From: Octopus sinensis
Lineage: Eukaryota
Direction: 5' to 3'
DNA length: 64,000 nucleotides
NCBI RefSeq assembly: GCF_006345805.1
Contig: NC_042999.1
Span: 9,858,001-9,922,000 of the forward strand
Under the pieces are notes generated by a model. The model did no database searches, was not told the origin of the DNA, and was given only the letters and a program-made list of their open reading frames with translations. Positions 53,528 to 64,000 of the stretch are shown here, in pieces (the stretch's first letter is position 1; each line of letters opens with the position of its first letter). Position numbers and translations under genes: made by a program.

Positions 53528-56500
53528 ATGATTAAGTTGGGCTGTATAAATGTGCGTGGAATGGGGTCGAAATGGAAACAGGCTTGCTTGCTGGACGACC
53601 TCAGGACACACAGAATAGATGTAGCCATTGTCACCGAGTCCAAGATGAGAGGAACCCAAGCGTTCTCGCATCTTCTCAATGGTTACGAGAAATTTATTTC
53701 TCCTAGCCGAGGAGGGAGTGCAGGCGTGGCAGTCCTTATCAGGAAGAACTTGGACTTACAGGTAAGTACTGTCTTTATGGACCCAGAAGGTAGGCTGGTT
53801 GTCCTCGATGTAACTCACGTGAGTAAGCAGTCCTTCAGGTTGGTAGCTGTTTATGCTCCTAATGAGGGTAGGCAGACTGGTTTTTATCGGAACTTGGAGC
53901 ACTTTCTAGTGACGTCTAAAACGGTAGTATTGGTAGGGAGGGGATTTCAACACTATCATCGATGCGCGGATAGATAGTGTGGGCTCGTCTGATAGAAGGG
54001 GGAATCCTTGCCTTAAGGGTCTACTGACGAGCTTTAATCTAGTAGATCGGTTTCGAATGGATGAGCCGAGCATTCCACAGTGGACGTGGAGTAAAATGAC
54101 GGCTCACGCTCGCGCAGATCGTATATAGATAGGGTATTTGTTAAAGAACGAGATAGGAATAGCATTAGCTGTCCACAATTTTGTATTGTGCCTTACACGG
54201 ATCACAAATTAGTGACGTGTGAGGTACATGTAGATAAATGCCATAGACAGGGACCCGGATACTGGAAAATGAACAAGTCTATTTTGGCTTGTGAAGCTTT
54301 CCGTAACCGGATTATGGAATTAGTCCAGAGGGCATTATGTGGAACCATCATTAATAATAGATGGTGGATCGCCCTCAAAAGAGCCATCCGTTTGGAGTCC
54401 ATTAGATTTAGCAACCAGCTAAGTTTAGATAGGACTAGAATAGAGGGCGATTTAGTTAAGAACTTAGACGAGGCAATGGGATCTGGCTGTGCATCTAGAG
54501 TGTTAGCAGAGAGAACGATCTTGTACCGTCACCTCAATGCCAAGCATGAAGGATGTAGAGTCAGAGCTAAGCTACGTGCAGTGAAACGAGAAGGTATTAA
54601 TGTTGCCGGATGGGCACGTCGTGTGGAGAGTCAGAAGGGCAAAAAGTCCTCTATTAAGTCTTTAACTGACGAACAGGGACGCAAAATCTATGGACAGGAG
54701 GAGATACAGAAGGTCTTTCAACAGCATTTCGCTCGGTTGTTTGGGGAGGGCGATCCACTCGAGCGAGGGGAGGACTTACAGAACTTCCTAGCTGGTGGGC
54801 CTCGGCTCTCGCCAAGCAGAGCGGAACGCTGTGAAGGACCGATTACTCCCGCGGAGGTAAGAGGGGTTTTGGCTGAATGCGCCCGGGAAAAGTCGCCGGG
54901 ACTGGATGGTCTGCCCTATGAGTTTTATTGTTGTATGCCGGACTTGTTCGGGGACATACTGGCAAGCGTCTACGCAAACTGGCAACAGAATGGGAGGATT
55001 CCCAGTTCTGTGAGCCGGGAGTTGTGACGCTGATCCAGAAAGACCCGAGCAAGGGGGATAATATTAGTAATTATAGGCCCATAACTCTACTTAATGTAGA
55101 GTTAAAGATTTTGGCCAAGGTTTAGCAGAAAGGTTGAAGGTCGTCATGGAAAAACTTGTCGGAAGGCACAGACATGTGCAATCCCAGGCAGGTCGATCGA
55201 AGATAATCTTCACCTTCTACGCTACACTATAGACAGGGTTGGGCAATTAGCCGGCAAAGGAGGGGCATTGGTCCATTTAGACCAAAGTAAAGCATTTGAT
55301 AGGGTAGATCATCAGTACCTGGCGACGGTTCTCGAAGCGGCTGGGCTAGGTCCTGACTTTCGCGGGTGGATATCAGCTATGTACAGCGGTATCAAGTCCA
55401 CAGTCCAGATAAACGGTTACTTAACGGAACCGTTTTCGATTAAGCGTTCAGTTCGTCAAGGATGTCCCTTGTCCCCTCTCCTGTACGTTTTGGCTCTTGA
55501 GCCATTGCTGCGGAAGTTGGAGACGGTGAGATGCAATCCTAATGAAATCGGATGCGGTAAGTCTGTTTCTGCGTATGCGGATGACGTCACCTTCATCGTG
55601 TCCAACGAAGCACAACTAACTCGTGTAGAAGGTGCTCTCCGAAGATACGAAGCGGTGGCTGGGGCAAAAGTTAACAAGGACAAGTCCACTGGTTTGCGCC
55701 TCGGCACCTGGAGGAACAAGCCGATATCGTCCAGTGTTGTTGGACACTGGACAGATGGTCCTGTTAAATTGCTTGGAGTTTGGTTTGGTTCAGACTCCCA
55801 GACGGAGAAAAATTGGAGCGAGGTAGTGACCAAGGTAGAAGCCATAGTTCGGGAGTGGTCCGGAAGGCATCTTTCCTTGAAAGGGAGGGCGGAGGTGGTA
55901 CAGGTGTTTATAGCATCTGTAATCACCTATCGCCTGACTGTCGTGCCTTGCCCCGATTTGTGGCTAAGCAAGTTGGATCGACTCCTTTTCCGCTTTTTGT
56001 GGAAGGGAGGAAAGCCACTTGTAAGGCGCTCCGTGTGTTGCCAGGAACCACTAAAGGGTGGGCTGGGGATGCCTTGGTTAATGATGCGCAGGCATGCGCT
56101 GAGACTGAGACATCTCTGGTTTCACACTGGAAGGTGATAAGGTGTGGAGTCCGCTGGCAGATAATTTCTTCCCGCCCAACCGACTCTATGGAGAGATTTA
56201 AACCCGGTTTCATTAAAAGACGGAACCTGACTTTATGGCAGAAAGAGTGCCGACAGGCACTCTGGCTGATCCACAAGATAGGCAAAGCCGGCTGCGGAAT
56301 ACCACCTCGACATTTTATAGAAGGATGGTAGAGGCAAAAAATGACGACGTCCTAAGAGGGGCTCTGGGGTTCGATGAGGATCAACTATCCGACCTGTTTA
56401 AGAAGACTTTCAAGCCGGGGTATTTGGACAATTACCAAAAATCCCTGACTTGGCAGTGCTATAGGAATGCTCTACCTGTTCGCGATAAGTTATATAGGCA

Positions 56501-56933
56501 TGGAATGTCAGTGCCACCGACATGTCCAAGATGTGGGTTGGACGATGAAACCGTCCAGCACGCTTTTGTACATTGTCAGGAGCTGTCAGGCTTAATAAGT
56601 TACGTAGAACACGTGTTGTCGCATCTGGGACGAGTACAGCTATCGGCTGGTTCTATAATAAAGATGATACCGCCAGCTGGACTCTCAAAGGAAGGTGAGG
56701 CTTGTTTTCACTGTACGGTGGCAGTACTGAAAGAGTGTGTGTGGAGAACTAGATTGGAAGGTTTGGTGTCAGGAACCTTTGTCTCTGGATATGGTATGTT
56801 AAAATACTTCAGATACCATCTAAAGAGCAAGATGGATTTAGAGAAGAGGAACCTGACACAGAAAAAGTATGTGAATCGATGGAAGGATGTGATAAAAAAG
56901 GTGGGTGTGAGTAACCCTGCTTGGTCATCATGA
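53528..56933 (+). pseudogene. LINE ORF2: APE endonuclease, RT, C-terminal zinc finger, several frameshifts
   Basis: CINVRG, VTESK, YTDHKLV, KSPGLDGLP, LDQSKAFDRV, RQGCPLSPLLY, YADD, CPRCGLDDETVQHAFVHC. Confidence 0.93.
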
Positions 56934-57196
56934 AGGGAGAAAATAGTCTCTGGGCTCTTAGGCTGTCGGGTAAGAATCCTGACTGTGATATACCTAGCTG
57001 GACAAAATCATTTTAATTTTTTAAAAAAAAAGGAGAAAGTAAAGTCTAGTATCATAATCAATAATCAACATATGTAAATATCAAACGAACAACGTAAACT
57101 TTTTGTAATTATGTTTTGTATTGTAATGTACTATCTCTGTAAGATTTTTATAATCATAATAAAGATTTAGGAAGCGACACCTACTGGTTTGGCTAC

Positions 57197-57238
57197 GCTG
57201 CATTGAAAAGGGGCAATACCCCGAAACGCGTCTGTAGC
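57197..57238 (+). ncRNA. Minimal type I hammerhead ribozyme, U3:A8 variant
   Basis: GCTGCA-TTGAAAA-GGGG CAATA CCCC-GAAAC GC GTC-TGTAGC; ACGCGT palindrome; predicted cut after 57232. Confidence 0.8.
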
Positions 57239-57427
57239 TGCCGGCCAAGTAGTGTGGAGCGACTGACCTCCCTTGTTCAAAGGTTATATGGATACAGTTT
57301 GTGTATCAAATAGCTAACTTAAGGCGATGGCCTCATGGAGTAATAAGCGGTCAGCTTTATTCTTATTTTTATAAGAATGCCATATTAGTATGGCGATAAC
57401 TAATATATATATATATATTATATTAAG

Positions 57428-57493
<66 letters not shown>

Positions 57494-57650
57494 TAGGATA
57501 TTAATTAATTATCTATTTACTAAAAGGACAATTATAACAATATACATACATGTATAACATGTTATGCTTTACATATATAATAAATAAAATATATAAAGAT
57601 ACCAGTAATTATTAAAATATATAACATGCAGGAATAGAAATTGGGATAAT

Positions 57651-57775
57651 ATCTTACAGCTGTTTCATCCAAGAGTTAAAAATACCTCATTCTACTTTTA
57701 TCCCTCTAGTGGACTGAAGTAATTAGTAGATGAAATTGAGGTAATTGGGTGTTTCTCTAGGCTTCGTCAGAGTTT
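57651..57775 (-). ncRNA. Degenerate type I hammerhead with ~100-nt stem II
   Basis: CT-CTGACGA-A-GCCTAGAG...CTCTTGGAT-GAAAC AGCT GTA-AG; inner TACCTCA/TGAGGTA and TCTACT/AGTAGA pairings. Confidence 0.6.
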
Positions 57776-58317
57776 TTAGAAAGTACACAAGGTTGAGTTA
57801 TCAATATAAATACACACATATATATACATACTTTTACATATTCATACATACATATACATAAATACATATACCTACACATAAATGTACATGCATATGCGTA
57901 TATATATGGATGCAAATGACTCAATTATTATTATCATTATTATTATTATTATTAGATGCATTATATTTTTCATTTTAAATAAAATATAAACAGAGGTATG
58001 AGAAAGTTATTATAAGAGTAGCAATATTGTAATTTATAAAATCAATATATCTTAAGATTATTTTAGTTTTGTAAGAATGAAACTGTATATACACGAGGAA
58101 TACACACATATATATACACATATACATATACATATATATTTCCGCTCAAACATACTCATGGGTACATACGTATTAGATGTGTTTAGAAGGGAGGATTAAT
58201 GCGGCAGTTCGTATCATTATAATTATATAATTATAACAATAATACACAAATATATATATATATATTCACATAAACATGTAATATGTTTATTTCTCCGTTA
58301 TTTTTGTTTACGGGGTA

Positions 58318-58470
58318 AGGCGCAGGAGTGGCTGTGTGGTAAGAAGCTTGCTTACCAACCACATGGTTCCGGATTCAGTCCCACTGTGTGGTACCTTCTA
58401 CAATAGCCGCGGGCCGACCAAAGCCTTGTGATTGGATTTTATAGACAGAAACTGAAAGAAGCCCGTCAAA
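58318..58470 (+). mobile_element. SINE family A, 5' half
   Basis: AGGCGCAGGAGTGGCTGTGTGGTAAG...GAAGCCCGTC. Confidence 0.85.
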
Positions 58471-59193
58471 GAGAAATGGAAAATTAATTAAAATTTTCAC
58501 TTCCAGTGGTCTAACGTGTAAAAATTTAGTCTAAAAGACTATGTATTAGTCGTAATATATAGTGTACATTTAAATACATAAGGAATCCACTCGTGGGATT
58601 CAACACGCTAGAAAGAACAGCTAGGTTCTATAACCACAAAAATTAGGGATAAAATTCGACAGGAACAAAATGAAAAATAAGAACATTTTACCATCAAGTT
58701 TCCAGGACCAATTGGTTTCTGATTTTAGTTTAGCAAGCAAATAACATTTACTCACGAGGTGAAATCGTCATCAACAGGTACACCTTGGGTTAAATATATA
58801 AACACGAGGCGATCAAACTATGTGCCTCTCGTTTATACATTCTAATTTTTTCAAAATCTACTGCGCAGACGCAGCCCTTCACCTTTGATATTTTTAAGTA
58901 TTATAAGCCTTTGGATAATTTTCGGTTTTAAAAGTTGACATTTTTTATTGCCGGAGAAGGGCTGCGTCTGCGCAGTAGATTTGCGCGATTAAAGTCAGTG
59001 CTCCAGCATGGCCACAGTCAAATGACTGAAACAAGTAAAAGAATAAAAGAATATGTATTTATATAAGCTTATGTATGAAATTATAACATTTATATATATG
59101 TATATATATTCTCTCCTGATGACCCATACACTTGCTAGCTTCCGATATACGGAGCTTTTAACGGGTAGCACTTGCATGTGTAAGTTGTTTGCA

Positions 59194-59233
<40 letters not shown>

Positions 59234-59265
59234 TATATATATAATATATATAATATATATATATA

Positions 59266-60537
59266 CGAGGGTGTATAAAAAGTCTTGAGCCCCCAAAAAA
59301 CTAAACATGGTTCAAGACTTCTGAAGATTTATTTTTCAATATAGCCCCCCCCCCTCCTATGGCCGAACACTTTCTCCAGCGGTGCTAAAGTGCCATTATC
59401 CCGGTGTAGAAGAACTCTTTTGTTTTAGGTTCCAAGAAACTTCCTACAGCGTCTATGACGTCATTGTCACTGGCAGAATGGCAACCAACCAGGGCTTTTT
59501 TCATTTTGGGGAATAGATGAAAGTCAGAGGGGGCTAAGGCTGGCGAATAAGGCGGATGGGTACAAGTTCGTATCCACAATCACGAATTGTTACCATGGCA
59601 ACCACTGAGGTGTAGGCTGGAACATTGTCGTGATGAAAAAGGATTCCTCTGGTGAGCATTCCCGGCCTGTTTTCTTTGATTGCTTTTCGGTGGCGTTTCA
59701 GTAGCTGAGAATAATACAGCCCTGTCACGGTGTGACCCTTTTCAAAGTAATCGATCAGCAAGACACCTTGAGAATCCAAAAAATCGGACGCCAAGACCTT
59801 TCCAGCTAAACGAATGACCCTGGCCTTCTCTGGGGTAGGAGGAGATGTGTGCTTCCACTGCTTTGACTGTTCTTTGGTTTCAGGCTGGTAATGATGAACC
59901 CAACTTTCGTCCATAGTAATGAAACGAGCAAGAAAATTCTCTTCATCGGCTTCAAACAGTTGCACCGGGTGCGTTTCTGTTCAGGAGTAAAAGGCGAGGG
60001 ACTCACCTTGCAGAAACCTTTGAGAACCCAAGTTCTTTTGTTACAATGTTGTCTGCTCTTTCAGTTAAGATGCCCAGTCTCTCGGCTATCTGACGACATG
60101 ATATTCGGCGACCTTGCATTATCATAACAAGAGCAAGGTCAAGGTTATCCTTGGTGGTTGCAGTTGGAGGTCTCCATGGTCCGGGATCATCTTCCACATT
60201 CTCCCTGCCACGCTGGAATTCATTTACCTAGCGTTTGACTGTTACATATGAAGGAACATTGTCCGTTAAGCTTCTCACCATATCTTCATGGATTTCTGAT
60301 GGAGTTATGCCTTTCAAATGAAGGTACTTTATGACAGAACGGTTCCCAGTGTTCTCCATTTTCCTTGTCAACTCAACACTTGTTTATTCAAAAATCTGCA
60401 ACAAAAATATTAAAATATCAGAATCATGAAAATGAGCAAGAATACTCCGAAAAGACTGCACTGACCAGGAAAAACTGTTTCAGCTACCTAGCAGCCCCGA
60501 TTCTAGGTTAGGCTCAAAGCTTTTCATACACCGCTCG
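59266..60537 (-). mobile_element. Full-length mariner (DD34D), degenerate
   Basis: TIRs CGAG(G/CG)GTGTAT(A/G)AAAAG; ITMDESWVHHY, HHDNVPAYTS, PPYSPALAPSDFHLF. Confidence 0.92.
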
Positions 60538-60770
60538 TGTGTGTACATATATATATATATCCCTAATTTTGTGGTTATAGAACCTAGCTGGTCTTTCCAG
60601 CGCGTTGAATCCCACGAGTGGATTCCTTATGTGTTTAAATGTACACTGTATTTTATTAGTAATACATAGTCTTTGGACTAAATTTTTACACGTTAAGCCA
60701 CTGGAAATGGAAATTTCTATTAATTTCCATTTCCCTTCGATATGATTATATATATATACATACATATACA

Positions 60771-60806
<36 letters not shown>

Positions 60807-61888
60807 CATAAATCGAACAAAAACGCAATAGAGGGTTTTAAAACGTTCGAGCAGATAGACGACACAAAGGTGGACAAAAGAAAAAAGAATTAGAAGGACA
60901 GGCAAAAAAGACGGGTCATTCTTGGCTTTCTTTCATCAGTCAAGTACCAGAAGTCACGACCATTTCAGACCCCTTTGTAAGAAAGCTATCGAATGTGTAC
61001 GGCAACAAAGACAAAAAAAGAAAAGAAAGAAAAACGGAGAACATAGTACATATGTATACACACCCATTGCGCTCTCACACTCGTACGCGTGTGTTTGTTA
61101 ATATTTAGTCTTGTTTCTAAATATCCTTGCCATTGGAGAAAAAACATTTTGTCTCTAACTTTGATCCAAAGCTCCTTCATTGGAATTTAAACAACCTCAA
61201 CAAAGTGTTTGTGTTTTTGTGTCCAAGTATTTAGAATTAGCCTCTGTTATATTTTAATGTTTCTCTTTCATGTACATATTCTTATTTCTATAATCGTATA
61301 TGTACTTAAATGCTAAACTTTTGCAATGTTTTACATAATTTGTCAGGTCTTTTGGTGATTTGTATCTGTAATCTTCTACTTAGCTTCCTCTTTTCTGATT
61401 TTGAGATCCCTAATTTTTCAAGATTAACGCTGAAGCAACTTGTTACATATTTATTGTTCCCCCAATAATTACAGGTATAAACCTGAACTTTTTTCGCTGC
61501 TCTTTTGCTCCATGCTGACATCCACTGGGCAACAGGTTCTACTTCTAAACATAGGTTTTGTTCTTTGTCCTAAATCACAATGTCTGGTCTATTATGTTTA
61601 TTCACTGGGACATTCCGCCAATACTCTGTCATCTTGTTGGTAGCTATGGCCTCCATCACATTGTAGGGTTTTTTAAAAATCTTTTTGGCCTCTGAATTAT
61701 CCTTCCAACGTATCCTTGGCTCTGTGTGTTTGTGTGTGTGAGTATGTGTGTGTGTGGAGACAGGGTTTGCCTCAAACGAAAAGAGATCAAGTGAAAAAAA
61801 GGAAGCAGCAATGGGTTGTAGAATGAGGTGTGTATAAATGGATAGAAGAGAGCGAAAGAAGTAAACAGACAGACAGGCAGACAGACAA

Positions 61889-61889
<1 letters not shown>

Positions 61890-61942
<53 letters not shown>

Positions 61943-61946
61943 GATC

Positions 61947-62005
<59 letters not shown>

Positions 62006-62187
62006 GGATAGATAGATAGATAGATAAGGAGGGAGGGGGATAAATAGTTAATCTAAGGAAATAATAGAGGATGGTGACGGAGAATAGACATGTTAAGGTA
62101 GAGGGAGAAAATGTGAAAGGGAGGGGGAGGGAGACGGAACAACGACTACCACTACTGCAGCTACGATCAGTAGTAGTAGTAGTAGTG

Positions 62188-62237
<50 letters not shown>

Positions 62238-62430
62238 TAGTAGTAGTAGTAGTAGTAGTAGTAAGAAGAGGAAGAATAAGAAGAAGAAAAAGAAGAAGAA
62301 AAAGAAGAAGAAGAAGAAGAAGAAGAAGAAAAAGAAGAAGAAGAAGAAGAAGAAGAAGAAGAAGAAGAAGAAGAGAAGAAGAAGAAGAAGAAGAAGAAGA
62401 AGAAGAAGAGAAGAAGAAGAAGAAGAAGCA
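61890..62430. repeat. (GATA)n, (TAG)n and (AAG)n microsatellites
   Basis: Direct inspection. Confidence 0.93.
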
Positions 62431-62482
62431 AGTGCAGAAACAAGACGAGAGAGACCCGTTGTTTGTAGGTCAAACGGCAACA

Positions 62483-62598
62483 AAGATGGCCGACTGTTTG
62501 CCGAGTAACCGTGCTGATCACGTGACATGGAAGCGTGTCCCTAACATAGTGTATGTCTGTGTGTCTGTCATTGCCCAGCTCGTGCCGTTGTGACGTCA
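62483..62598. promoter_or_regulatory. Possible cis-regulatory cluster (YY1-like, E-box, CRE)
   Basis: AAGATGGCC at 62483, TCACGTGAC at 62518, TGACGTCA at 62591 in unique CpG-richer DNA. Confidence 0.3.
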
Positions 62599-62873
62599 CT
62601 GCTAGCTGTAGATGGTAGGAGGTATTCCTCCAGTCCTTCACTCTTTGGTTGCCTTATCATAACAATCCGATGTTATTACCTTCCTTGTACCTTGCTGCTT
62701 AGACTTGACATATGTTTGCTCGTGCTAAACTACGGAAGGCCTGAAGGGACAACAGACGGGTCAAATATTTATTTGACAGAAAAGATTTGACAGACATATC
62801 TCATAAACCATTGAATCGCAGAAAATCTTTCTTCTGCGTTGCTATTCCTATATTGATCTAGGCATGGTTTATA

Positions 62874-63148
62874 GGAATGATTCTCGATCGGGGTCCATAA
62901 AGCCCTTCCCTGGAGGTCCATGTGGTCCTTGGGATGGGGGTCCACATAAGACTTTGTTGTAAAAGTTTATGTGCAATTATTTACTTATGCCTCAACAATA
63001 AATAAAATATCTTAACAATTTTTTAATACAGTTCTTGATAATATTTAATTGTAAAAATATGGTGGGATCTTTTAGACATTGAAGGGCTGTGAAGGTGCGC
63101 CTGAGTAAAACAGGAATCCCAGTTTTAAAAAATGGTTAAGAACCACTT
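62874..63148. mobile_element. hAT-Charlie-like MITE; second partial copy at 63890-63985
   Basis: Degenerate left end ATGATTCTCGATCGGGG and right end GGTTAAGAACCACT; shared GGGGTCCAC...TTGTTGTAAAAGTTTATGTG interior. Confidence 0.6.
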
Positions 63149-64000
63149 GTTTAGATTCTCCCCTTCAAACCTTACTCTCTGGATTAAACACAATACTAAA
63201 ATCTAGCGGTGGAGCTAGAAGGTATGCCGCCTGGAGCAACCTTTGAGTTTGCCGAACACCTTCCTCTTACATAAGCTTATATAGCGGACCTAAAAGTGCC
63301 GTCCCCTAAAAGCGTCGTCCGAGGCAGGCCGCCTCCACTATCCATGCGTCTGCTACAAGCTAGGGAGTTTTGCAGTTTCTCTTCCACTTACATCAGTGAT
63401 CTACAACAGCACGCTGTACCCACTCTTAACAACAACACAGCGACAGTCACGTGTTATGAAGTACAGGCAATTCAATAGTATGTCCGATACAATAACGATT
63501 TAGCCAAAACCTAAAGACAAATAAGACTCCATGAATTCAACGCTTTATTCCACTTTTTATGGCATTAATCGAAAGCGAAACAAATATATTCTTCAGGATG
63601 GTATCATATTAATGTAAGATAAATGCTCCTTGGTCTCCTGGAACCCGTAAACCCAAGGTAACTAAGACCCCAGCTAATGAAGCCATCCGTCCAAGTGACT
63701 CGGCTAAACGCCTGTAAAGAGCTTCTTGCTCGATATCTTAATCAATTGGTATTTCACTCTACATTCTATAGAACAAGAAAAATGAAATTATTTAATGTTT
63801 ACAATCGGCATCTGTATAACATACTAAATGTGTGCACACTGTTAGAGGGCACGATGCTGGGGAATTGTCTGAGATAAAATATCTTCATAGGCCTTGGTGG
63901 GGTCCACAGACTTTGTTGTAAAAGTTTATGTGCTATTATTTGCTTATACCTCAGTAATAAATAAAAGATTTCAATAATTTTTGGCGTGGGGGCAGCGTCG

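Larger units (their letters stand above)
51794..57169 (+). mobile_element. Near full-length Tx1/L1-clade LINE
   Basis: 17-bp TSD GGAAGCGACACCTACTG at 51777-51793 and 57170-57186; two ORFs; AATAAA at 57158 and no poly(A) tail. Confidence 0.93.
51285..57410 (+). mobile_element. Retrozyme/pLTR-like HHR repeat (~363-nt monomer; inverted plus direct copies) interrupted by a LINE
   Basis: 51285-51508 inverted copy, 51509-51793 plus 57187-57410 direct copies; (TA)n flanks. Confidence 0.82.

Noticed and set aside
60850-60945. Minus-strand CTGATGA motif
   Set aside because: No GAAA or compatible stems nearby

Overview
Eukaryotic, repeat-saturated genomic DNA, most likely an octopus: the tRNA-derived SINE families and microsatellite load are typical of Octopus (inference from recognition, not a search). 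Nearly all short ORFs in the track are microsatellite artefacts, and no host gene can be firmly called. There are only weak minus-strand exon candidates (1786-2038, 9469-9504). Recognisable elements: a near full-length Tx1/L1-clade LINE (51794-57169, 17-bp TSD); a Penelope-like element with RT, GIY-YIG and pseudo-LTRs (28481-33880); RTE, R4/Dong and CR1-like fragments; Tc1, mariner, Tigger and hAT DNA transposons; Helitron-like elements; and many SINEs. The most striking unexplained structure is a set of about ten type I hammerhead-ribozyme (HHR) motifs in five sequence families, most with palindromic stem III and several in inverted foldback pairs within (TA)n. One belongs to a ~363-nt retrozyme-like monomer with a U3:A8 covariant core. 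Its inverted copy begins exactly at the predicted cleavage site, and the Tx1 LINE is inserted just upstream of its ribozyme.
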